Below the pieces are notes generated by a model. That model was not told where the DNA came from. It worked only from the letters and a program-made list of their open reading frames with translations, and made no database searches. Shown in pieces: positions 46,986 to 56,102 of a stretch of DNA of 64,000 nt. The stretch lies in the NCBI GenBank assembly GCA_018830005.1, contig JAHJTE010000001.1, forward strand, positions 193,332 through 257,331, in the 5' to 3' direction. Both the position numbers and the translations under genes were made by a program. Position 1 is the stretch's first letter. The number at the start of each line of letters is the position of its first letter. This DNA is from Candidatus Omnitrophota bacterium (GTDB lineage: Bacteria; Omnitrophota; Gorgyraeia; JAHJTE01).

Positions 46986-48122
46986 ATGCAGAATAATTCC
47001 TTCGACTTTAATTTAGCTTCAAAGATAAAGAACAAAGAGGCAGGCATAAGAGATATACGCAATAGGAATGGAATATGTGAAGGCTTGCCTGCGGTTTTAA
47101 CCATCGTTGATACTACAAGATGTAATTTAGACTGCATAATGTGTGTAAGAAATAAAGGCTACTTACAAACTGCTTTAAGGTCTTTTAAGCGCTATAGTCG
47201 GCGTAGAGATGAGACTGTCATGAATTTTAATCTGTTTAAAAAAATAGCCAGCGAGATGTTTCCTCATATTAGCCGAGTTTGCTTAAGCGTAGCAGGGGAG
47301 CCTTTTATTAATCCAAATTTTCCTAGACAGCTAGAGCTAATTGAATCCTATAAGGTTTGGCTAGACCTCTTTACTAACGCTACTCTCATACCCAAGGATG
47401 AGCTTTTGAGGAGATTAGTTAATAGGCTATCGCGCATGGTAGTTTCTATTGATGGCGCCAGCAAGAAGACTTACGAGAGCATAAGAAAAGGAGCTAGATT
47501 CCAGGAGGTTATAGATAATATTAAGCGTCTTAATACAGAAAGAATGAAGATAGATAAAGAAATAAGGCCTAAGCTCGTCTTCTGGTTTGTATTGATGAGA
47601 AGGAATATCGAGGAATTGCCAGAATATGTGCGCTTAGCCCATAGCCTGGGGGCAGACGGGATAGGTGCGGCGCATGTTACTATATTCAAGAAAAGCTTAG
47701 AGAAAGAATCGTTGGTTTATCACAAACAGTTAGCCAACCGCTATTTAAAACAGGCAAGAGATTTAATTGACAAATTGGGCCTGGAGACTTTTGATTTTCC
47801 TCCTTTGTTTTCGCAGGTTCCTGTTTCGCAAGATAAAGTTGATACTCCAATGCCTAATTCGCCGTGCAAATTTCTCTGGAGAGAGGCGGTCATTGAATTA
47901 AATGGAGATGTTTATCCTTGTTGTGCTCCCGAGAAAACCGGTTTACTGATGGGAAATGTCAGCAAGCAATCTTTCAGAGAAATCTGGAGTGGTAAGCGCT
48001 ATCAGATATTAAGGGCAAGTTTTGAGGATGGCTATTTATATCCACCTTGCAAGAATTGTTATCAACGATTAAAAGATCGTACCTCAGATAACAGCGGTAT
48101 CTATTTTTTCGAAAACGTATAG
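46986..48122 (+). CDS. Radical SAM/SPASM-domain enzyme #6
   Basis: 'CNLDCIMC'; 'VAGEPF'; C-term 'CKFLWREAVIELNGDVYPCCAP…CKNCYQRL'. Confidence 0.75.
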   Translation: MQNNSFDFNLASKIKNKEAGIRDIRNRNGICEGLPAVLTIVDTTRCNLDCIMCVRNKGYLQTALRSFKRYSRRRDETVMNFNLFKKIASEMFPHISRVCLSVAGEPFINPNFPRQLELIESYKVWLDLFTNATLIPKDELLRRLVNRLSRMVVSIDGASKKTYESIRKGARFQEVIDNIKRLNTERMKIDKEIRPKLVFWFVLMRRNIEELPEYVRLAHSLGADGIGAAHVTIFKKSLEKESLVYHKQLANRYLKQARDLIDKLGLETFDFPPLFSQVPVSQDKVDTPMPNSPCKFLWREAVIELNGDVYPCCAPEKTGLLMGNVSKQSFREIWSGKRYQILRASFEDGYLYPPCKNCYQRLKDRTSDNSGIYFFENV

Positions 48123-48143
48123 TTAGGCCTTAAGAAAGTAATT

Positions 48144-49325
48144 ATGAATATAACAATTTTTCCTCATGCCTATTTGCCTAGCGTAGGGGGCGTAGAAGAG
48201 GTAGTCAGAAATCTAGCCAGAGAATTTAAGGCAAAAGGCCATCGTGTAGGACTAATAGTATTTGTTCCACTTAGAAGATTCAGGGCACGTGAGATTATTG
48301 AAGGAATAGAAGTTAGAAGATTCTATGTTCCCTTTGTAATATTGCCCTATAGAGTGAGCTGGCGAGCTTTTCTTGATGTAGTTGAAATGCTTGTTTGTTT
48401 GCCTCTTGCCCTGGTTAGAATAGCGCGCATACTCAAAGAAAATAATAGCCAAATAATACACATACATTATATTGGCGTAAATGCATTTTATATTTGGTTG
48501 CTTTCCTATTTTCTCTCCTTAAAATACATCGTAAGTTTGCACGGCTTTAATTTACAAGTAATACCTTTCCTGAAAGGCGCAAGCAGAGCTGTTCTTAATT
48601 TTGTTTTTAAGTCTATATTGCAGCGCGCCAGTTTTGTTACTGCCTGTTCTGAGTATCTACTTGATGATGCAAAAGAAAGAGTCCCCCAGATAAGAAATAA
48701 GTCTTGTGTTATCCCCAATGGCATAGATTTGGATGAGTTTAAGCATAACGGCCGCAGTTTAATAGATTATCCCTACATCCTTTGCCTGGGAAGACTGCAT
48801 GCACCCTTTAAAGGTTTTGATATTGCCCTGCTTGCACTCAAGGATATACTAGATTCAGGCCTTGATATAAATCTGGTTCTAGCCGGAGACGGGCCAGCCC
48901 GCACTTCTTATGAGAGATTGATAAGATTATTAAAGATAGAGAAAAATGTGCATTTATTTGGTTTGGCAAATAGAAAAGATGCAGTAAATTTAATCAGAAA
49001 CTGCCAATTCTTTGTGATGCCTTCACGCGTTGAACCTCTAGGTATTGTAAACTTAGAGGCCATGGCCTGTTCTAAGGCAGTCATTGCTTCCAGAGTAGGC
49101 GGTATACCAGAGGTAGTTGAGCATGGCCTAACCGGATTATTAGTTGAGTCATGCAGCGAGAAAGCACTGGCTGCAGCGATAAAGCGACTTATGGAAGATA
49201 AGAATTTAAGAATCAGACTTGGCAGAAACGGCAGGCTTAAGGCTGAGCAACGTGGATTTTCTTGGGAGTTTATAGCCGATAAACATCTGGAGATATCAAA
49301 AGGATTTTTGAATTATGAAGATTGA
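48144..49325 (+). CDS. GT4-family glycosyltransferase (paralog b; divergent N-terminal half, near-identical C-terminal half to paralog a)
   Basis: 'YLPSVGGVEEVV'; C-terminal half identical at protein level over 'FKSILQRASFVTACSEYLL…GIDLDEFKHNGRSLIDYPYILCLGRLHAPFKGFDIALLALKDILDSGLDINLVLAGDGP'. Confidence 0.8.
   Translation: MNITIFPHAYLPSVGGVEEVVRNLAREFKAKGHRVGLIVFVPLRRFRAREIIEGIEVRRFYVPFVILPYRVSWRAFLDVVEMLVCLPLALVRIARILKENNSQIIHIHYIGVNAFYIWLLSYFLSLKYIVSLHGFNLQVIPFLKGASRAVLNFVFKSILQRASFVTACSEYLLDDAKERVPQIRNKSCVIPNGIDLDEFKHNGRSLIDYPYILCLGRLHAPFKGFDIALLALKDILDSGLDINLVLAGDGPARTSYERLIRLLKIEKNVHLFGLANRKDAVNLIRNCQFFVMPSRVEPLGIVNLEAMACSKAVIASRVGGIPEVVEHGLTGLLVESCSEKALAAAIKRLMEDKNLRIRLGRNGRLKAEQRGFSWEFIADKHLEISKGFLNYED
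48599..49124 (+). repeat. Copy B of duplicated GT4 segments (see 46268-46793)
   Basis: Same as copy A; tandem duplication unit of 2331 bp comprising GT4 + rSAM. Confidence 0.85.
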
Positions 49326-50427
49326 CCCCTTTGATTATACAATAGGCTTAAAGATAAAAAATATAGAGGCGGCCTTAAGGGATAGGGAATTTCAAAATAG
49401 CACCTGTGAATCTTTCCCTGCATCTTTAACCATTGCAGATACTACAAGATGTAATCTAGACTGTATAATGTGTCATCACCATTTGGCCAAGACATATACA
49501 AAGTCTGCAAGCAATATTAATATGGATTTTAATCTATTTTCGAAGATTGCCAAAGAGACATTTCCCCATATTAACCTTGTTAGTTTAAGTGTATCTGGAG
49601 AACCTTTCATTAATCCAAATTTTTCTAAAGAGTTAGAGTTAATCGCTTTCCACAAGGTTAAGTTAGGTATTATTACTAACGCCACACTCATGCCAAAAGG
49701 CGATAGCCTAAGGAGACTTGTTAATAATCTCTCTAGTATAATTGTTTCTATTGATGCTGCTAGCAAGAAAACTTACGAGGCTATAAGAAAAGGCGCTAGA
49801 TTCCAACAGGTTATCGATAACGTCAAGCGGCTTAATAGGGCAAGACTAAAATTCAGTAAAAGTTTTAGACCCAAGCTTATCTTCTGGCTAGTTTTGATGA
49901 GGAAAAATATTGAAGAGTTATCAGAATATGTGCGCTTAGCTCATGCTCTTAAGGCAGACGGGATAGGACTGGTCCACATGTCAATACATCATGAGAAATT
50001 AAAAAAAGAATCATTGATTTACCACAAGCGATTGACGAATCGCTGCTTAAAGGCAGCAAGAAAGCTAATAGATAGTTTTGGCATTGAAGTCTATAATATT
50101 GCACCTTTGTTTTCTTTTGGTAGGACACCCATTAAAAAGAGCTATTATACTTTAAACAAGAGACCTTGTAAATTTCCTTGGCGGGAGGCATTTATTGAAG
50201 TAAATGGTGATGTTTATCCTTGTTGTGCTCCGGACAAAAGTGGTTTATTGATGGGTAATGTTAGAGAGCAGACGTTTAGACAGATTTGGAATGGCAGGCG
50301 CTATCGATTATTGCGAACCAGCTTTAAAAACGGCAATCTATTTGCTCCTTGCAAGAACTGTTACCAAAGATTAAAAGATTATACCTCAGATATCAGCGGT
50401 ATCTATTTCCCGCCGCCTATTGCATGA
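49315..50427 (+). CDS. Radical SAM/SPASM-domain enzyme #7 (paralog of #6, ~55-60% aa identity)
   Basis: Same 'TTRCNLDCIMC' block; 'VSGEPF'; 'CKFPWREAFIEVNGDVYPCCAP…CKNCYQRL'. Confidence 0.75.
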   Translation: MKIDPFDYTIGLKIKNIEAALRDREFQNSTCESFPASLTIADTTRCNLDCIMCHHHLAKTYTKSASNINMDFNLFSKIAKETFPHINLVSLSVSGEPFINPNFSKELELIAFHKVKLGIITNATLMPKGDSLRRLVNNLSSIIVSIDAASKKTYEAIRKGARFQQVIDNVKRLNRARLKFSKSFRPKLIFWLVLMRKNIEELSEYVRLAHALKADGIGLVHMSIHHEKLKKESLIYHKRLTNRCLKAARKLIDSFGIEVYNIAPLFSFGRTPIKKSYYTLNKRPCKFPWREAFIEVNGDVYPCCAPDKSGLLMGNVREQTFRQIWNGRRYRLLRTSFKNGNLFAPCKNCYQRLKDYTSDISGIYFPPPIA

Positions 50428-52205
50428 AAATGTCAGAACAAATCCACAAAGAACAAGTCGCTAAAGACCTCCTTTATGAATCTATAAAAGATGGCAGGAA
50501 GCGATCTCTAAAGGTAATAGGTAGTTGTATGCATCCAGTGATACAGCCAGGGGATGAAGTATTTTTTGGAAAAAGAGAGAAGTTTAGATTCGGTGATTTA
50601 GTGGTTTACAGGCAAAGTCAGGGCTTTATTGTCCATAGGTTTATTAGAAAGGCAAAGGTTAATAACAAACTAGTTTTTATATTAAAGGCAGATAATCCCT
50701 CTGAACTTGAGGAATTCATCGGGCAGGATGAGATTATCGGCGTAGTTACTAAACTGAGACGTAACGGCAGGATTTTAATTATTGATACATTTGCAGGCAG
50801 ACTTACGAGTTTATTTTATTTCTGTCTGGCTAATTTAAATCTTGCTCAAAGTAGGCTAAAACAAAGGCATGAGCTCTTAGCTATTAAGGCACTGCCTGCT
50901 AGATTAAAGAGTATAATTTCTACTAAAGTCTTCAACCTAAAAGACGTTTTTGCCTTTGGGATAGTAGAGACTGAGCAAGATTCATTTTTGAAAGAAAGGA
51001 AGACATTAAAACTAGTCGCTAAAGATTCGCTTTGTAAGGATGAGGAAACGCAATTAATAGATTTATTGAAAAATGGCCTTGATTGGCAATACGTCCTAGA
51101 GAGAATTAAATGGAATTTTATCATACCTTTTTATATTCAAAAGCTAAAGAGTTTCGGCTGGGAGGAAGATTTATATAGAAGGAATCACTGTTTAGATTTA
51201 GAGAATATCCATAGACTTCAGCTTATACAGGATACAAAAACTAGGCTTATTCTAGACGGGGTATTAGGGGAATTTAATAAACATGGTATTAAGGTGCTCG
51301 TACTTAAAGGAGCTCATTTAGGAATAGAGGTTTATGAGGACAGTTCCCAGCGCTGGATGGGAGATATTGATTTAATCTTGAGAATAGAAGATTGGTCTAA
51401 GGCATGCAAGATCTTAAATGATTTGGGTTTTGTGCTTGATTGGTTTTGTAAAGACTATAATATTTGGAGCATAAGATATCTAGATAATCATATTGACTTT
51501 CGCAAGCAAGGTATAAAATTAGAATTAAAAACAGGCATTTGGGCCATAGATTTTCCTTATTTCAATTATAGTCTTTGGCAAGATGCCAGATTAAAGAGGA
51601 TAGGAAAAGCAGATATATATTTTCCTTCCTATGAGGATACTCTTCTGATAGCCTGCGTTAATCTCGTTCGCCATAATTTCTCAGGATTAATCTGGTTCCT
51701 GGACACAAAAAAGATCGTTGATAAATTTAAAGACTCATTAGATTGGGATGTATTTTTAGATAAAGTCTCTAGATACGATTTAGGAACCGCAGTTTATTAC
51801 GGACTTTATTTAACTGATAAGTTATTTTCTTTAACATTACCCCCTGATTTGTTAGCTAAATTTAAGCCGCCTAGATTGGTGGATAAATTATTCAATTTCT
51901 TCTGGGATAGGAAAGCGATATTACTTGAAAAGGAAGGCCTTGTATTTAAGAACAAGGTGCCTTTTGAGTGCGCTTTTGTTTTATTCTGCGGCAAGTTTAG
52001 TTTTAGGCCTGAAAAATTTGTAAGATATGTAGTATATTTATTAAAGCTGATTTTTCCTCCCCAAGACTTTATCAGAGATAAATACAAGATTAAAGTCAAT
52101 CTAGTTAGCCTATCAAGATGTTATTTAGTTAGATTGTTTAGTTTTTTATCTACGTTGTTTAGTTTGCTCTTTGACTTATTTGCGGATAAAGACAGGCGAG
52201 CCTAA
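50424..52205 (+). CDS. Two-domain protein: N-terminal S24/S26 (LexA/signal-peptidase-like) Ser-Lys peptidase domain + C-terminal nucleotidyltransferase-family domain (PF14907-like); start at ATG 50424 (ATGA overlap with rSAM #7 stop)
   Basis: 'VIGSCMHPVIQPGDEVFF…GDLVVYRQSQGFIVHRFIRK' resembles the S26/S24 Ser…Lys fold; C-term 'LKGAHLGIEVYEDSSQRWMGDIDLILRIEDW' typical of the uncharacterised NTase family. Confidence 0.55.
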   Translation: MKMSEQIHKEQVAKDLLYESIKDGRKRSLKVIGSCMHPVIQPGDEVFFGKREKFRFGDLVVYRQSQGFIVHRFIRKAKVNNKLVFILKADNPSELEEFIGQDEIIGVVTKLRRNGRILIIDTFAGRLTSLFYFCLANLNLAQSRLKQRHELLAIKALPARLKSIISTKVFNLKDVFAFGIVETEQDSFLKERKTLKLVAKDSLCKDEETQLIDLLKNGLDWQYVLERIKWNFIIPFYIQKLKSFGWEEDLYRRNHCLDLENIHRLQLIQDTKTRLILDGVLGEFNKHGIKVLVLKGAHLGIEVYEDSSQRWMGDIDLILRIEDWSKACKILNDLGFVLDWFCKDYNIWSIRYLDNHIDFRKQGIKLELKTGIWAIDFPYFNYSLWQDARLKRIGKADIYFPSYEDTLLIACVNLVRHNFSGLIWFLDTKKIVDKFKDSLDWDVFLDKVSRYDLGTAVYYGLYLTDKLFSLTLPPDLLAKFKPPRLVDKLFNFFWDRKAILLEKEGLVFKNKVPFECAFVLFCGKFSFRPEKFVRYVVYLLKLIFPPQDFIRDKYKIKVNLVSLSRCYLVRLFSFLSTLFSLLFDLFADKDRRA

Positions 52206-52206
52206 T

Positions 52207-53127
52207 TTATAGCAATTTGCCTAGAAGCCTGGGGATTTCTCTAATCTGATCTAGGCTATAAGAAAGGGCATAGGATCTTGCCTGGTAGGCGAGTCGACAG
52301 AGATTCTGTATTTGGTGTTGGCGGATAATTATGTTTTTTTCCTCAGGAAGACTATTTACCTTATCATAGGCTAAAATAGTAAAACTTTCTTTTGTCTTCA
52401 ACTTTTTTAATTCAGGCGGCCGCAGGGGATTGTCAGATTGACAAATGAATAGTATTACGCCTAAGCATGCGCGTTCAGCCGGCTTAGCCGGGAAATACTC
52501 TTGTGCATAAAAAGAGGTAGCAATTTTTCTTCCTTCATTTAATGTAAGGAATTTTAGAGATTGTTTATCTAATTTCATTTTAAGAGGAAAGGAGAGTATT
52601 CTATCTTCGTGCAGGATAGCAAATTCATCTGAAAGAAAATTATAACCTTTATCTATAAGGGCTGCGGCTAAGGTGCTTTTGCCCATACCGGGACCGCCAC
52701 AGATAAGCAGGGCCTTATTCTTTTTAGATACTACTGCCGAATGTATTAAGGATATATTGTGATATGCCAATATTCGCCGTAAGGGCGAGATTATTGTTAA
52801 GTGCAGCAGGTTTTCTATTGTTAAACTGGAGGGGTAGAGCAGCTTGGCGTTGATTTTATTCTCTTTGGGATTGGCCTCAAGCGATATATTTTTTATCCAA
52901 CAATCAAGAGAAAAGTTCTCATCTTTTAGGCCAGCAACGTCAGAACGCCCATTTTTAAACGCCTTATTTTTAACAGAGAGATTTAGATCAATTTCTATAT
53001 ATTTGTTATAACTGCGGAATTTTGGAAATTTCAGTTCTTCGCAAAAGGCGTTAAACAGAGATTGGCAGTCAGACTTAAAATTTAATTTGATGTTATGTAG
53101 ATATATATTTTTTGAATAGGTTTGCAT
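52207..53127 (-). CDS. HprK-related P-loop kinase-like protein #2
   Basis: 'IHSAVVSKKNKALLICGGPGMGKSTLAAALIDKGYNFLSDEFAIL' parallels HprK/P C-domain; 306 aa. Confidence 0.6.
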   Translation of the reverse strand: MQTYSKNIYLHNIKLNFKSDCQSLFNAFCEELKFPKFRSYNKYIEIDLNLSVKNKAFKNGRSDVAGLKDENFSLDCWIKNISLEANPKENKINAKLLYPSSLTIENLLHLTIISPLRRILAYHNISLIHSAVVSKKNKALLICGGPGMGKSTLAAALIDKGYNFLSDEFAILHEDRILSFPLKMKLDKQSLKFLTLNEGRKIATSFYAQEYFPAKPAERACLGVILFICQSDNPLRPPELKKLKTKESFTILAYDKVNSLPEEKNIIIRQHQIQNLCRLAYQARSYALSYSLDQIREIPRLLGKLL

Positions 53128-53434
53128 AGCTTAAATTGGTAATTAATTTTAACTTTTTTAATTGCCGCAAGAGTGTTAAGTAATCAGCCCCTGCCTTTTT
53201 GTAGCTTGTTTTGTGTTTTTTCATTAGGCATTTTATAATTTTTTCCGGAGATTTTTTTAATAGAAGGCCTTCTAGTATATCAAGGGAGGATTTTGTAGTA
53301 AAATTAAGTGATTTTAGGATGTCGGCGAAAGAATATTTGCTTTCATCTATGACTACAAAGACAAATTCATTGCATAGTTTTGCCCAGACAATTTTTTCAT
53401 GTTTTAGCTCGTATCTCTTTTTTAGCTCGTCCAT
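53093..53434 (-). CDS. PqqD-family (RRE) protein
   Basis: 113 aa; 'IVWAKLCNEFVFVVIDESKYSFADILKSLNFTTKSSLDILEGLLLK…' PqqD-like; overlaps downstream kinase gene by 35 nt. Confidence 0.6.
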   Translation of the reverse strand: MDELKKRYELKHEKIVWAKLCNEFVFVVIDESKYSFADILKSLNFTTKSSLDILEGLLLKKSPEKIIKCLMKKHKTSYKKAGADYLTLLRQLKKLKLITNLSYANLFKKYIST

Positions 53435-53513
53435 TTTTACACCCCTGTTGATAGCTAAATATTAACACAGTCAAAACCATAGGTCAATTGTTTAAGAAAT
53501 TTAGCAAAAGATT

Positions 53514-55286
53514 ATGTTTGATTCAGGCATAAACCAAGACAGGCTTAAATTAAAAGATGTAAAAGAAGGATTTAGGTTTTTTCTTCGTTTCAATAAATAT
53601 ATATTACGTTACTGGAAGATACAGCTGCCCATTCTGATTATAGGAAATGCAACAATGATGCTGGGTCTTGTTAATCCTTATATCGGGAAATTGATATTGG
53701 ATAAGGGCATCCTCGCCAGAAATTTTAATGTATTTATTCTCTTTACCATTATCTCTGTAACGATCTTTTTCATTTCTATTCTTTCAAACATTGCCTATGA
53801 TTATTTGAAAAATTATGCACTGGTTAATATTTCTATTGATCTTAATCGGGATGTATTTAGGAGGCTAAAAAAATATTCCTTGAGCCAATTGCAGATGAGC
53901 TCAACCGGTGTGCGTATCTTTCGTATAGTCAATGATATCGGCAATGCCTCCGAGGTTATCAATGTTACACTTGTACACATTATAAATTCAATTATTAAGA
54001 TGATTTTTATAACCGCTATCATAATATTTATTAACCCTCTTTTTTTGTTGATTATTATTGTTTATCAGTTTTTGGTTATTATCAGGATGAGATTTTTTGT
54101 TAAGTCTTTTGAGGAATTGAAAAAGATGAAGTTAAAAGCCGTTGAGAGGCTTTTTCATAGTCTTAATAATTTCTTCTCACATCTTTATCTTAGTAAGACC
54201 TTCGGCACCATGGGTAGGGAGATAGGAAGGTATATGCATAGCTTCTTTGAGCATATAAGGTTGCACATGAGAGGCGTACGTTTGGGGGCGATTGCTGGAT
54301 TTATATCCAGCATTTCTGATAAATTCTTCTTTGGGGCCTTAGCTTTTTACGGAGCATATCTTGTGATAAAGGGCGAGATAACCTTGGGCACAATGGGTGC
54401 GATGCTTGCCTATATTAGTCAGGGAGTAGGGGCATATACAGAGCTTACTAGTTTGTGCGAAAAACTGGTGTTTAACAAGATTTCTTTAGAGAGGGTAGCA
54501 AAGGTATTGGATGAACCACTTCCTGAAAATCTTCCTCAGAGAGGTGGAGTTAGGCCGCAAGATTTAAGGAGGATTGAATTTAGGCAGGTGAGTTTTGGAT
54601 ATCAAGCCAATAAAGAAATAATAAAAGGTTTAAATTTTAGTATCGAGGCTGGGTCTCATATTGGCCTGGTTGGCCATTCTGGTTGCGGCAAGACAACGCT
54701 GCTTAGCCTTATTTTAGGGCTTTATCCTGTTGAGAACGGTAAGATATTATTGGCTGATAGCCAGCTAGAGGCAATAGATTCTGCCTATCTTCTTTACAAT
54801 ATTGGCATAGTTTTGCAGGAGCCGTTTCTTTTTGATGACACTATCGCTTATAATATTTCCTATGCCTTAAATGAGGCTAGAGATAAAGATATTATTGAAG
54901 CAGCGAGGCTTTCTGATATCTATAGTTTCGTTAATTCTCTGCCTAAAAAATTTGATACAACTGTGGGAGAGAATGCCTACAGGCTTTCTCAAGGCCAAAA
55001 GCAGCGGATTGCTATCGCGCGTGCATTAATAAAAAGGCCGCAAATTTTAATTTTAGATGAAGCGATGTCTTCTCTTGATTCAGAAACAGAAAGCAAGATA
55101 ATCGCTAATATAAAAAACAAATTTTCCGATTCTACGATTATCTTGGTATCGCATAGATTGTCAGCTGTAAAGACAATGGATACAATTTATTATTTTAAAG
55201 GGCCGCATATTATGCACATAGGCTCGCATGATAAATTACTTGATGAGCTCTCTGATTATAGAGAATTCTTTAGAGAACAGATTTAA
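53514..55286 (+). CDS. ABC transporter, fused permease/ATPase exporter (no C39 peptidase domain)
   Basis: 6-TM N-domain; Walker A 'GHSGCGKTTL', signature 'LSQGQKQRIAIARAL', Walker B 'ILILDEA'. Confidence 0.85.
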   Translation: MFDSGINQDRLKLKDVKEGFRFFLRFNKYILRYWKIQLPILIIGNATMMLGLVNPYIGKLILDKGILARNFNVFILFTIISVTIFFISILSNIAYDYLKNYALVNISIDLNRDVFRRLKKYSLSQLQMSSTGVRIFRIVNDIGNASEVINVTLVHIINSIIKMIFITAIIIFINPLFLLIIIVYQFLVIIRMRFFVKSFEELKKMKLKAVERLFHSLNNFFSHLYLSKTFGTMGREIGRYMHSFFEHIRLHMRGVRLGAIAGFISSISDKFFFGALAFYGAYLVIKGEITLGTMGAMLAYISQGVGAYTELTSLCEKLVFNKISLERVAKVLDEPLPENLPQRGGVRPQDLRRIEFRQVSFGYQANKEIIKGLNFSIEAGSHIGLVGHSGCGKTTLLSLILGLYPVENGKILLADSQLEAIDSAYLLYNIGIVLQEPFLFDDTIAYNISYALNEARDKDIIEAARLSDIYSFVNSLPKKFDTTVGENAYRLSQGQKQRIAIARALIKRPQILILDEAMSSLDSETESKIIANIKNKFSDSTIILVSHRLSAVKTMDTIYYFKGPHIMHIGSHDKLLDELSDYREFFREQI

Positions 55287-55304
55287 AAAGGTAGTTTTAA
55301 GATT

Positions 55305-56102
55305 ATGAAAATACGCTTATACATCGGATTATTACTTTTGAAAATTACCGAAACGTTCAATCTCATGGGCAGGATATTTAAAAATATTTTACTAGTAGTT
55401 CTCCTGCCTCAGGATCTAAGCAGCCTTAATAAATTAGCTTATAATAATAAGGGTAATCTAAATGCGCTCTCAAGTTTGGCAACGCGAGGGCTAAATGAAG
55501 GAGAGAAGGAATTAATTTCTAAATATTGTCTTAAGCCGGGTAAGTTTCTAGTCTTAGGCTGCGGTGCAGGCAGGGAAACTTATGCATTGGCAAAGATGGG
55601 TTTTGTTGTTACGGGTATTGATTTCGTAGAGACCTTGTTAGGAAAGGCAAGAGCTGTAGCAGAAGAAGAACAGTTGAGGATAGAATACATTAATAAAGAT
55701 ATTCTTTTATGGGCCGAGGAAGAGAGAAAAGAAAAATACGATTATATCCTTGTTTCAAATAATGTCTATCTGCAGATTCCTTCAAAAAAAATACGGATTA
55801 ATTTTCTTAATAGGGCGCTTAATAAATTATCTGATGATGGCCTTTTTATTGTAATTAATAACTGCATATCTGATCTTAAATACTCTAAAATTCAGTTTAA
55901 ATTAAAAAGGCTCTTGGCAAGAATCATGTTCGCAAATGTCGGAATAGAAGCAGGCGACTGGATACCAATTCGTCAATTCTTTCACCGGCCGCAAAATAAG
56001 AATGAATTTTTAACTGAATTTCAAGATAGCGAAGCCTTAATCTATGAGGTTAGAGAAGATAAGAATCTTATTTCGGTTTTGCTAAAACATTCAAATGGAT
56101 AA
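55305..56102 (+). CDS. Class I SAM-dependent methyltransferase
   Basis: Motif I 'FLVLGCGAGRETYAL', motif II 'YDYILVSNNV'. Confidence 0.7.
   Translation: MKIRLYIGLLLLKITETFNLMGRIFKNILLVVLLPQDLSSLNKLAYNNKGNLNALSSLATRGLNEGEKELISKYCLKPGKFLVLGCGAGRETYALAKMGFVVTGIDFVETLLGKARAVAEEEQLRIEYINKDILLWAEEERKEKYDYILVSNNVYLQIPSKKIRINFLNRALNKLSDDGLFIVINNCISDLKYSKIQFKLKRLLARIMFANVGIEAGDWIPIRQFFHRPQNKNEFLTEFQDSEALIYEVREDKNLISVLLKHSNG

Noticed and set aside
46268-48897. Near-identical ~300-bp sequences at a fixed spacing considered as a possible CRISPR-like or IS-flanking repeat
   Set aside because: The repeats are in-frame parts of two paralogous GT4 genes (same offset 2331 bp, coding conserved). No short spacer-repeat periodicity and no transposase.
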